Below, piece by piece: positions 53,258 to 64,000 of a stretch of 64,000 nucleotides of DNA. The notes below the pieces were generated by a model. That model was given only the letters and a program-made list of their open reading frames with translations, was not told the DNA's origin and searched no databases. The translations under genes and the position numbers were made by a program. Source of the stretch: Nemertoderma westbladi (Eukaryota; Animalia; Xenacoelomorpha); assembly GCA_032718475.1 (NCBI GenBank), contig JAUCBJ010007043.1, forward strand, positions 1 through 64,000, given 5' to 3'. The stretch's first letter is position 1, and the number at the start of each line of letters is the position of its first letter.

Positions 53258-56200
53258 AATAACAGTTTTAAGAAAAAAGGTCTGCATTTTTTGCACTTAA
53301 ACGCACGATCTCTGCTTCCAAAACCTTCCGAAATTCGTATTTTAATCAATAAATCCAACCCAGCAGTTTTAACAATCTCTGAAACTTGGCTCGATGATAG
53401 TGTTTCTGATGGAGAAATTTATATTGATAATTACGTAGTTTTACGTAAGGATAGGGACAGACACGGTGGTGGTGTCTGTACTTACATTCGATGTGATTTA
53501 GCTTTTAATCGTAGGGAAGATTTAGAGACTTGTGACGAAGTTTTACTGGTGGAACTTTTACTTCCTAAAACTAAACCTATTTTAATCGGTACTTTATATC
53601 GGCCCCCTAAACAATCAGATTTTTTGCAAAATTTTGAAAATACAATTTTATGTAATCTTAGGTCAGACTGTGAAATATATTTCTTAGGTGATTTTAATAT
53701 CTGTTACCATCACAAAGCATCCCCCATCTGTAAACAGTACCAAAGTATTTTAAATTTGTTTGGTTTAAAACAAATTATTCGAGATTCTACCAGAATTACC
53801 AGTAAAACTTCTACTTTACTAGATCACATCCTTTGTAATAATACCGATATTATTTCTCAATCTGGGGTTTTACCTATAGGTCTAAGCGATCATTTTATAG
53901 TTTTTTGCACAAGAAAGACACAAAAATCTTTTTTCGGGGATCATAAAACAGTAACAGTTAGGTCTATGAAAAATTACAGCAAGGAACGCTTTTTAAGTTT
54001 GTTAGTTAATTCTGACTGGGAACCCTGTTTTAAGGCCGCTGACATTAACCTTGCGTACACTGTTTTTAAAGATATATTTTTAAAGGCACTTAATACTGTA
54101 GCACCAATTAAAGAAATTAGTCTTAAACAACGCACTGAGCCCTGGATGACCTCGGGTATTCTTAGTAATATCAGAGAAAGAGATAACTATTTGTATAAAT
54201 TTAGGAAATACCGTGTTTTAGCTGATTATAATAATTACTGCAAATATAGAAACCTTGTCCAACGGGAAATAAAAAAAGCTAAATCTGAATATTTGTACAA
54301 CAAAATAAGTGAGAATAAAGATAATCCAAAAAGTCTATGGTCTACCCTAAAATCTTTAGGTTATAAAAACCTTAAATCTAAATCGAATATTGTTCTGCAA
54401 GATAACGGTGAGCTGATTCATGATCATACTCTAGTTAGTAATTTATTTAATAATTATTTTACTAATGTTGCCTCTAATTTAGTTAAGAAATTACCGTTAT
54501 CAAGTAATAAATATAGTATAGGGTCCGAAACTCTAAATAATTTTTATTTAGAAAAGTTACAAAATTCAGAAAAGTTATTTTTAAAACCCGTTTCTGAGGA
54601 TTTCGTTTTTAAAAATCTACTTAGCCTATCAGCCTCAAAAAGTACCGGTCTAGATCTAATACCTGCCCGTTTTCTTAAGGATGGTGCTGAAGTACTTAAA
54701 GTGCCTATTACTTTTATTATTAATTACTCTATCGTAGATAATGTAGTACCAGACGAACTGAAATTAGCTAAGGTTGTTCCTCTGTATAAAAAGAATAGTA
54801 AAGTAGAACCCTGTAATTACAGACCTGTTAGTATCTTAAGTATTGTATCTAAAATTCTAGAACGTTCTGTTTTTCTACAGCTGGAAGCACATCTTAGTAG
54901 GCTAAATCTGATCTATGAACTTCAGTCCGGTTTTCGTAAATCATATTCTACAGACACCTGCCTTATTAACTTAACTGATACAATTAGATGTAATAACGCA
55001 AAGGGTTTATATACTGGTATGGTAATGTTGGACCTACAAAAGGCTTTCGATACTGTAGATCACGAAATTCTGCTTGGTAAGTTAGGCCTGATGGGTGTAG
55101 GTTCTATAGACTGGTTCAAGTCCTACCTGTCAGACAGAGGTCAAACTGTAGTCATTAGCAAATCGCTGTCTACTGTACAAGAGATTACCTGTGGTGTACC
55201 GCAAGGTAGTATATTAGGTCCTCTGCTTTTTGTATGCTATGTAAATGATATGATAAGTAGTATAGATCCCGATTTTAAACTCATTTTATATGCCGACGAC
55301 AGTGCTCTTATTTTCTCTCATAAAGATCCTATCCATATTTCCCAAAAGTTAAGTGCAGTTCTAGAATCCTGTAATGAGTGGTTGGTTGATAATAAGCTAT
55401 CCATTCACTACGGTAAGACTGAAAGTATTTTGTTTGGTTCCAAAAGAAAGTTAAAGAAGGTAACTAAGTTTGAAGTCACTAGTAATGGACATAAGATTGA
55501 AAATAAAAAGGAAGTTAAATATTTAGGCGCCACATTGGATAACTGCTTATCAGGAGAAAGTACAGTGAAAAATATTTTCTCGAAAGTTAACAGTAGGCTT
55601 AGGTTTCTATACAGAAATAAAAATAGTTTGAACACCGACTCCCGCAAGTTACTTTGCTCTTCTTTAATACAGTGTCACATGGACTATGCGTGCTCTTCTT
55701 GGTATGAAGGCTTAACCAAACAGCTTAAATGTAAATTACAAGTAGCTCAGAATAAAGTAGTACGATTTATTAAAGACTACAAACCTAGGCACCACCTAAC
55801 TCCAGATGACTTTTCTGAATCTGGACTACTTAACTTAGATAGTAGAGTTAAGCAGCTACGCCTTAACCATGTGCATAAAGTGTATAATGGTAAATGTCCC
55901 AATTACCTAAAACAAAAATTCAACAGAGTACGCGATACACACTCTTACAGTACCAGAGCTAGTGCTTCAAACTTCTACCTCCCGAATTGTAAATCCTTTG
56001 AATCTGATACTTTCTTTTTTAACGGCATAAAAAATTGGAACGCTCTGCCTAATGAAATTAAAAACCTAAATAATCAACATTCTTTTAAATCTGCAGTTAA
56101 ATCTCACCTCCGTGTGCAATGTAAAAATAGGTACAATAGTCCTACAGTAAGTTATTAGTTTATTAATTATTTACTATTTATACTGTAATTACGTTTTATA

Positions 56201-56494
56201 ATAAATTGTTCTGTACATTACATTACATCTTTATCGTTGAGTCGGGCATTGTCACGCTCTCGGTAAAGTTGTACATGTACATAGTGTAATTACGTTTTAT
56301 ATTGGTTTTAGGTTAGCGTAGTGTAATTTGTATTTGTAACCAAGTAACATAAAGGACCCCCTTGGAAATAAGCTGCAAAGATTTAGGGGTAATCCTATAT
56401 GTTATGTTGGACAATACCTTTATACCGGTACATTGTTTGGTGTATTTGTTATTGTTTTTACATAATGTATAAATAAATCTATCTATCTATCTAT
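53258..56494 (+). mobile_element. 5'-truncated CR1/L2-group LINE with intact ORF2, 3' UTR and (TCTA)n tail
   Basis: ORF2 is followed by AATAAA and TCTATCTATCTATCTAT at about 56472-56494. No ORF1 is visible upstream. Confidence 0.93.
53291..56158 (+). CDS. LINE ORF2 APE endonuclease + reverse transcriptase, uninterrupted (955 aa, no ATG start)
   Basis: HLNARSL, SETWL, YRPP, GDFN, LDHI, SDH; [44 protein letters not shown]. Confidence 0.95.
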   Translation: MHLNARSLLPKPSEIRILINKSNPAVLTISETWLDDSVSDGEIYIDNYVVLRKDRDRHGGGVCTYIRCDLAFNRREDLETCDEVLLVELLLPKTKPILIGTLYRPPKQSDFLQNFENTILCNLRSDCEIYFLGDFNICYHHKASPICKQYQSILNLFGLKQIIRDSTRITSKTSTLLDHILCNNTDIISQSGVLPIGLSDHFIVFCTRKTQKSFFGDHKTVTVRSMKNYSKERFLSLLVNSDWEPCFKAADINLAYTVFKDIFLKALNTVAPIKEISLKQRTEPWMTSGILSNIRERDNYLYKFRKYRVLADYNNYCKYRNLVQREIKKAKSEYLYNKISENKDNPKSLWSTLKSLGYKNLKSKSNIVLQDNGELIHDHTLVSNLFNNYFTNVASNLVKKLPLSSNKYSIGSETLNNFYLEKLQNSEKLFLKPVSEDFVFKNLLSLSASKSTGLDLIPARFLKDGAEVLKVPITFIINYSIVDNVVPDELKLAKVVPLYKKNSKVEPCNYRPVSILSIVSKILERSVFLQLEAHLSRLNLIYELQSGFRKSYSTDTCLINLTDTIRCNNAKGLYTGMVMLDLQKAFDTVDHEILLGKLGLMGVGSIDWFKSYLSDRGQTVVISKSLSTVQEITCGVPQGSILGPLLFVCYVNDMISSIDPDFKLILYADDSALIFSHKDPIHISQKLSAVLESCNEWLVDNKLSIHYGKTESILFGSKRKLKKVTKFEVTSNGHKIENKKEVKYLGATLDNCLSGESTVKNIFSKVNSRLRFLYRNKNSLNTDSRKLLCSSLIQCHMDYACSSWYEGLTKQLKCKLQVAQNKVVRFIKDYKPRHHLTPDDFSESGLLNLDSRVKQLRLNHVHKVYNGKCPNYLKQKFNRVRDTHSYSTRASASNFYLPNCKSFESDTFFFNGIKNWNALPNEIKNLNNQHSFKSAVKSHLRVQCKNRYNSPTVSY

Positions 56495-57469
56495 ATAGGT
56501 TGTTTTAAAAAATAATTTCTTTATAATGCGGTCTATGCAAAACTGGCATATAGGTGGTTTTGAAACGATAAATATCTCAGTTATACGTGGGAGTATGGCC
56601 TTCTAAGTGTGATAATCGGATTCAGAATACATTTTAACATAAAGAAATGCAGCAATCTCCATTTCGGCAAAAATGGCATATAGGTGGTTTTAAAATGAAA
56701 GGGACGATATAGATATTTTCAAAATAAAACCCATAGGGAACAACGAATGATATATTGTAATGCTATAAAAAAGAAACGTGGCAACAACAACGTGTAAAAA
56801 CCTACAGCATAGAACTAATTTGCATAATGCATAGATATGATATAACGTGGCCAAATCAACTACAGTACGATGGATGTAACGACAACAACACAACACGTAG
56901 CAGTATAAGATTATACTGTAGTTTTAGGGTAGCAATGAAGAATTCAATGGCACCAGTATAACTCGAATATTTGACGTATTTTCCTCACGGGGCTGGATGG
57001 AAGAGTGAAACGCAAGGGCACCGAGTTCGATCCCTGGTTGAATATTTTGTTATCTGAAAAATTGCGGAATTTAGTCACTGGTGAAAAATTACAGGATTAC
57101 ACCTGAAATAAAAGATATGAAAGTACTGGTTAATGAAAAATAGCGATATGAAAAATAGTAGAAGTTACCTGCTGCTAAGTGTAGACACCCGAGCACCTGT
57201 AAAATAAAGACTCGCGATTGGTTATAGTGAGTAGAGAAGGAGTTTGCTGGGTGAGTAATAACGCCTCTAGCGGAAAATGCGGGAACTTGGGAAGTTACCA
57301 TGGTAACGGTAGAAATGCTGGCTTCTGATTGGTTGAAATAATAACGACCACTGGTAAGTGTTAAATAATGGCTTCTGATTGGATATAGTGAGTAGAAAAA
57401 TGGGTAATGCTGGGCTATGGGTGACTTTTGTGTAGTGCAGCATCTTCATATACTACTGATGGGTCTTTA

Positions 57470-57700
57470 ACATACTTTTAAATACGTTAATCGAGTTAGT
57501 AGACCGTGTGGCAAGATCTATAGAATTCCAAATTGTTGGAGCGGCTGCTCTAAATGAACGTTTGCCGTAGTTATCGAGATTGTACCGAGGTATACTGAGG
57601 AGTTATTGTTCACAAGACCTTAGAGAACGATGAGGTGTATATGGTTGAAGTAGGTTACAAAGGTAATCTAGGCCAAGATTATTTAAACATTTTTGTATGT
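57470..57700 (-). mobile_element. Degraded L2-type LINE 3' fragment
   Basis: The minus strand translates CLNNLGLDYLCNLLQPYTPHRSLRSCEQ*LLSIPRYNLDNYGKRSFRAAAPTIWNSI, a typical L2 ORF2 C-terminus. Confidence 0.8.
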
Positions 57701-57953
57701 TTGGAGAGCAATCTTTAATACGTAGGTCCTATATTAATTGTCGTACCTCAGGCTGTACATTTGTTAGTCTACCTATTTGCGTTTTCGTTTCTTCTCCTTA
57801 TTAACTTGGGCAATAGGTTTGTGATGTGCTCTAGTTCATTTTGTGCTATATTTTTATGTCCCAGAAACCTTTTAGTCAATAAACATATAATCTAATCAAT
57901 CTAGGAATCTAGCATGTTAAAGGTAGGTACGTTTTAGCGTAAAATTTACTCAC

Positions 57954-58277
57954 CCTGAACAGCAATTTCCAGTGATTTTTTGTAAAAATCAGAAATTTTG
58001 GGGCTCATCAAACCAACTTGGATAATATCGCAAGACGTTTCTCCACTTAAGTTAGCAGCATATTTTTTTATGATGGAGCAGTAATAGTACTGTTCTGATT
58101 TTTGGTCTTCAGAATGCTTCTGATCTTGTAAATCGTAATCCGCAATAAGACTTGCGGGTCCTCTGAACTCAATCTTTGATTGAATCCATCGAATGTTAGT
58201 TAGTAGTTGGTTCCTTTCCACCCAGAGATTTGCTTTCGCCATATGATCATCAAGGAAGTCAAGCATATATTTACCTA
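57954..58277 (-). CDS. Apaf-1-like helical domain 2 (HD2) exon of the caspase-NB-ARC gene
   Basis: KYMLDFLDDHMAKANLW...LLTNIRWIQSKIEFRGPASLIADY...DIIQVGLMSPKISDFYKKS aligns by eye with Apaf-1 YWYNFLAYHMASAKM...LDWIKAKTELVGPAHLIHEF...NIVQLGLCEPETSEVYQQA. Ends at a CAG G|GTGAGT donor. The 5' boundary is uncertain. Confidence 0.85.
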
Positions 58278-58977
58278 GTGTCTGCGGTTCCATATTATAA
58301 TAAAGTTTGAAATAGTTTAGCCAAATAAGTCCAGTAGACAATAATTAAAATTTATACCCCCGCACACAGCACAGGATAGAATAAACATGTAAAACCATGA
58401 TCCGGGAAGATTCATCAGAAACCCCAAACTGATCGCATCTCATCTCTATTAATAATGTCCGCAAAACCATCAGTAATAAACCTCAGAGAATCGGTCATCC
58501 TAAACCTGGGATAACGGACCTGCCACTACATATTCAGGGAATATACCCAATGCCACCCGACTCACACCGAACTCCTCAGCTGCGAATTGGTTCTCATTAC
58601 TCTCAGTCTGTTGACCTCTCCAGCCGATTTATTTAAAGAATCACAAGTTTAATTCAATATTCGAAAGACAAGATTTATTACACAGATTAAATAAAGATTA
58701 TATAATAATTTATAAAATTGGTCTAAATTGAAATATAGGAAAAAAACGTTTCGAAATAATATATAATAACTATTTAAAAAATATTTGTTATTTAATCAAA
58801 AAATGGTAAAATTACATGAATCAGATAAAAACAAAGTAAAAAAAACCCACTAAATATGCGGAGAGGCCGGGAGTTCTGCGCCGTCTTCAAAGCCTAGACA
58901 GCATCGTAACTTAATTGTGTAGCTTAATGCAGTGGGAGGCCCACCCACGGCAGACCCACTCCATTACCAGTCTATTA

Positions 58978-59266
58978 CTAAAAAAAAGCTTGAAAAAAAG
59001 CTCAAAAAATGCTTGAAAAAAAGCTTGAAAAAAAGCTCAAATATAGCTTGAAAAAAAGCTGAAAAAAACTTGAAAAAAAGCTCAAAAGAGCTTGAAAAAA
59101 AGCTCAAAAAAGCTTGAAAAAAGCTAAAAAAAAGCTGGGTCGAATATCATAATTATCTAATTCTATAACATTCATATTATATCTTCATTTTAACTGAACG
59201 TTCGAAAAGGCATAACAAGCCTGAAAAAAAGCTAGAAATAAAGCTCAAAAAAGCTACGGGCCTTAA
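58978..59266. repeat. (AAAAAAGCTTG/AAAAAAGCTC)n repeat ending GCTACGGGCC|TTAA, probable DNA-transposon end
   Basis: Directly visible. The partner terminus was not found. Confidence 0.65.
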
Positions 59267-59864
59267 GCGACGGATTCTTTGTGTCTAACAATATTTACCA
59301 TCGACTATTTTGTGAACATCAGTGCTGCGCATATTCCTTAATCACATCAGCAACGCAAATACTGTACGTCCCCTGTCGCCTGAGTTACCACCACATCATT
59401 GGTTATCTCAATCGATGTATTCCAGAACCGGCGATAATATATACTATTTCCAATGGTGAACCGATTCAAACTTCGTATGGGATAAAACTTTCGTTTCCCG
59501 AAGTTGAACTCGCTGATTTTGATGTAATACTCTTGCTAGTAATCCATCGTATCTGTCAGACAGATCCACAACTGACTGGGTTTTCCTGGGTGGAATGATA
59601 TATTTATACCACGTTTCGTGCATTTTATCTATAATCGGAACTTTCGAAAAACATTTACAAAGATCCATTGACGTGCTTCTGCCATAGCCAACTCAAGGTT
59701 AATCTCCCAAATCCAGCTATTTCCGCTATAGAATGTTAATCTTACTCCTAACACAAAATCGCGGTAATATTTGCCATTATTAATATTTTCAAAACTCAAA
59801 AACCAATATATTATATTTAAGGAAAAAATCATACAGTAAAAGGTTAGATTTATAGTGGGTAAAC

Positions 59865-60296
59865 GCTACGCCTTCGCCTACACACCTACTGTGCACATAA
59901 TAAACTACGCCTATGCGCCTACACGCCTACGCCTACGCCTACGCCTACGCCATCGCCATCGCCATCGCCATCGCCATCGCCATCGCCATCGCCATCGCCA
60001 TCGCCATCGCCATCGCCATCGCCATCGCCATCGCCATCGCCATCGCCATCGCCATCGCCATCGCCATCGCCATCGCCATCGCCATCGCCATCGCCATCGC
60101 CATCGCCATCGCCATCGCCATCGCCATCGCCATCGCCATCGCCATCGCCATCGCCATCGCCATCGCCATCGCCATCGCCATCGCCATCGCCATCGCCATC
60201 GCCATCGCCATCGCCATCGCCATCGCCATCGCCATCGCCATCGCCATCGCCATCGCCATCGCCATCGCCATCGCCATCGCCATCGCCATCGCCATG
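59865..60296. repeat. (TACGCC)n-(GCCATC)n compound microsatellite, about 58 perfect GCCATC units
   Basis: Directly visible. Lies about 20 bp inside the junction that ends the NB-ARC homology. Confidence 0.97.
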
Positions 60297-60318
60297 TTTG
60301 CATTGTCTGCGGAATAGG

Positions 60319-61883
60319 TTTATTGAATTATTATATTTCAACTTAGATATTTTTCTCGCATTTAATTGACATAGACGATCTTCAATATTGCTCCATGTTA
60401 CTTGAGGGTTGTATTTCTTTACGGCCCCTACAATATTGACTGCCAAAGGTGAGCCATGGCATTTAGATATTAAATGTTTAATTTCTGCCATCTTTGAAAT
60501 TTCTCTATCTCCAAGCCATTTTGAAAGTAACTCAGAACATTGAGGTTTATTTAATCCTACCGTAACATTAATTTCAGATACGTTATTTGAACAATCAGAA
60601 GAAATACAGTTCTTATCACGCGTTGTCAGCATAATTTGACAATTTATATCAAAAGCTTCTACTACAAATTCATCCCAAACATCATCCAATATTATCAAAA
60701 ACCGTTTTTTGGGATGGTTGTGAATAATTTTGTTCAATTCATTTCTACAGCTCTTAATACTAAACAACTGGCTGACTAAATGAGAACTTGTTTCATCTAA
60801 CATTAAACAGATTTCTTTCATTTTCTCCAGGAGACTATTTTCACCACCAAGACCAACTCCCAAAGGTCCAACATGCTGCCAAATGATCCCATCAGGAAAT
60901 GAGTTTATAATAACTTCATTATTTATTGCATCGAGAGCCAAAGTTGATTTTCCTATGGCGGGCATACCTGATATAACAACCCAACCTGGTTGATCTTTCA
61001 AATCAATCAAACATTTTCTAATGTTTTCTACCCATTCTGGACGAGGAATGTGAGGGTTAGGAACTTTTGGAACTCCCCAACGTTGAAGAAAAAATGTTGG
61101 AATTTCTGGAATGTATGATGAATGGAATGCTAAAAGGTGAACTGAGAACGACAAGTTGTCAAATACTTGTGGTCGCGAAACAATTGAACTCTCTTGAGTA
61201 CCGCGATGTACTATGTCATAATTCCTCAACAACGGTAGTAAATCAACTTTAACATCATCCCCAGCTGTGTCTTTATTTAATATATTATCAACTACTTTAC
61301 AAATAAGATGAATAAAATGCGTCCCTTGGTCTTGATAATTTGGTAGCTCCTCTCCTGGACTGCAACCGATTGCTACAGCTATATGCTCAAATTTACGATC
61401 ATTAAAATGTAAATTGAACTCCGGATAAGGGTTGGATTGACAGGCTTCTACAAAGAATATGCGAGGTTTTGATGGCGGACCACTTAGTGCCAAACATTCT
61501 GTTGAGAATAATTCCACAATATTTTTTATAAGAACATGTTGACCATTAGAACAAACAAGCTCACCTTCAATTCCGTGACTCATTAGGAACACAAATAAAC
61601 AATCAATCTCATCTAATTCTTTGCGATTACTAAAGTTTGTTAGGAATTGTATCAACTCATCATCTGTTATGTTCTTCTTCACTTCACCTTTCTCATCTAT
61701 ATATTCCTCTATTTCACAACCCAACTTACTCTTGCCTCCAAATATTTCCTTAATGCATTGTACATCATGTGATGACCCTTCTCCTCTGTTAGAGTATTTA
61801 GTACCACCATAATCTGTAATATTTATTATCAGACACAATTTTTTAACATCTCCTGTAATTTTATATGAGTTCGATTCTGCCAT
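60319..61883 (-). CDS. Caspase catalytic domain (p20+p10) fused to an Apaf-1-like NB-ARC (NBD + HD1); possibly a disrupted allele or copy
   Basis: Caspase motifs: LCLIIN, R.EGS..D, DCLFVFLMSHG, KPRIFFVEACQS, GTHFI, RPQVFDNL. NB-ARC motifs: GVP...R, PGWVVISGMPAIGKSTLA (Walker A), FPDGIIW, LIILDDVW (Walker B), CQIMLTTRDK, CHGSPLAV. About 520 codons with no stop. Confidence 0.93.
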
Positions 61884-62974
61884 AACATAGAATAAACTGT
61901 GTAGTTTATTGAGCCGTTGAGTTATGTTGCACGCAGGTAATTTATCAAGATATTACTACTATTGTCATTGTCAATAAAGTACAAAGTTGTTAAAGAGTTT
62001 ACAACTACTGTTAATTATAATTATAATGATGTACGCAAATATATAACAAAGCCTTCCTCAAGTGAGGAATTTAATCAACTTACTGCAGTGCCGGATTAAG
62101 CCTCTGGTGGCCCTAAGGCGCATTTTAGTAATATCCAAAAATGGCCCAAAAATTGATATTTTCCGCAAACCCTTTCAAAAGAAAAAGCTGCTAAAAACAA
62201 CTGAAATAATTGTGGAAATGTTGCGAAGGAAATATAAAGTATTTTCGTTGGATGACTGCGTGCAAATAAGTGCTGAGTACTTTAATAATAAGTACTTTGC
62301 AAAAATAGTTTTAATCAGTCGGTAAGAACTCCAAAATTGGACTTCAAGTCCAATTTTAGACTTCAAGTCTTTTTCAAGTTTTTTTTTTAGACTCCAAAGT
62401 CCAATTTTGGACTTTAGTACAACTCCAAGTGTACTGGTACCCATATGAGCATATGACTGTATGAATAGATCATAGAGATAGTACATCATGGCCCCAAACA
62501 GTCAAACACCCAGCCCAGACCCAATACTGAATACTGGAATAGCATACATAGCTGCATAACTTGCATAATGCATTAGTGTAGTGTAGTGTATATCGGTATT
62601 AAATCAATACTGCACTGTAATGGACTAGTACAGTGGTACTGGCAGACTGGTACATACATATTACAATATATTACAATTGCAATGCAACATTCTTTTAACG
62701 ATCAAATTAATTAATATAAGTAGATAAGCAGGGATGATCCACGTACAGTAGTTACTTTTTGCGGTAGTGGTATGGCTTTGCGGTAACCATAGCGATGTTT
62801 ACCGCAGTAGCGGTAGTTGAATTATACCTTAAATTGAAATTGAAATTGTTTAATTGACATCAAAAAAGTAAAGTAAATCTGCATAATCAAACATTACCGG
62901 TAAGAACAAGATATCAAGATAATCCATTATACAGGTCAGGTCAGGTATTCTAGGTCATTGATCAAGAAAACTTG

Positions 62975-64000
62975 CCACCTCCATGCAGCATAAAGGAGGT
63001 GCCACCTGTAGCTGCATAGACCCTCTTACTAGGGCAAATCTGGTCCTGTAACTAGGACCCCTTCGTTCTGGGATAAGGACGCCCCTGGTCCTGGATTAAA
63101 AACCCATATACTTGGCTGCAGGGGTATATGGCCTGACCAGGCAGATGGTGATCTACCAATGGCTGGTCAGGAGTAGAGTGTTCTCATGTCCACTCTGAGA
63201 GCACTTCACTGCGACCTGCACCTGGCAGCAAGGGTACAGAGCATGACCCAGCAGATGAGCTGCAACAGCCAATGGTGGGTCATGTGCGCCAGAGTAGATA
63301 TGGGTGATGGGCCTCATATCTGACTCCATTGCGACACCCACCCTGTGGAATGGCAAACCAGGGTGTGGTATTTGCCCCGAGAGCTGACTCGGCAAAAAAG
63401 CACCCCCCAACCCCCACTATGGATTACATTAGCAATGCGGAGGTCCGGCCACTAGAGGCCAGTGGAATTACCGGACACAATCGGTCTCACAGGCGTCAGT
63501 TAACTCCTGACCGGCTGCCTGTCTCACCCACTACTGGAGAGAGAGCAGCCAACAATTCTTTGAGTCCCTCTCCTGATGACCTTTCTGGCCCAAACCATGG
63601 GTCACCAGGAAGGCCCGATTGTGATGGGGAGAGGGATTCTGGAGTTGGAGGCTACTCTCATGTTCCACCCCGTCCAACAAGACCATTGGTGAATCTGAGG
63701 CAAGTCACAAGACTAGCCTCAGTAAACACCCTAACACTCGGGTCCCCAATGCGACAAGGTGAGCTGACTGCCTTGGCAGATAAGCTTTCTCTTAGCGCAG
63801 TGGGTGTTCAAGAGCACCGAATGCAGACTGGACAGACTGATGAGGTTCTGATTAAGGACATGGGGTGCGGTTGGCGACTCGCCCTTGCGTCAGCAGATGA
63901 TAGTGGCAATGGTGGAATTGGTCTATTGATGAATCCAACTGCACATGCAGCATTGGACAAAATAGACTAAATCTCTAACCGCATCATCCGTTGCCACTTC
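62975..64000 (+). mobile_element. 5' part of an RTE-like LINE (APE endonuclease N-terminus), truncated by the window end
   Basis: RLASVNTLTL...AVGVQEHR...GNGGIGLLM...ISNRII, with an in-frame TAA at 63968-63970. The 5' boundary is approximate. Confidence 0.8.

Noticed and set aside
59855-60318. Poly-GD tail of the 654-aa ORF and the poly-RH/WR/AI/MA ORFs
   Set aside because: Read-through into a (GCCATC)n microsatellite within an apparent insertion; not homologous to Apaf-1.
62086-62125. CAGTGCCGGATTAAG, resembling a hAT-type terminus upstream of the caspase-NB-ARC gene
   Set aside because: No partner TIR or 8-bp TSD was found in the window.

Overview
Repeat-rich genomic DNA from an invertebrate animal, probably a bilaterian. 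It has GT-AG introns and no prokaryotic features or CRISPR arrays. Host genes: (1) the 3' exons of a Delta Notch ligand (EGF3-9, TM segment, spliced ...TTEV* PDZ-binding tail); (2) an intronless TBCC; (3) an intronless KHDRBS/Sam68-like STAR protein with an RGG tail; (4) a minus-strand gene in which a complete caspase catalytic domain is fused in one open exon directly to an Apaf-1-type NB-ARC ATPase, with an Apaf-1 HD2 exon about 2 kb downstream. Gene (4) is the best candidate for an undescribed system: an apoptosome scaffold carrying its own protease where the CARD normally sits. This copy appears interrupted by a repeat-containing insertion. About a third of the window is tandem satellite. 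One satellite was amplified from a LINE ORF2 3' coding segment, and another preserves stages of monomer to higher-order evolution. Mobile elements include a near full-length LINE whose ORF1 carries a Ulp1/SENP-like protease domain, an intact CR1/L2-group ORF2, several other LINE fragments, a Mutator-like MITE with a 9-bp TSD, a piggyBac-like MITE and a foldback element. All homology calls are by eye from remembered family motifs; no searches were run.
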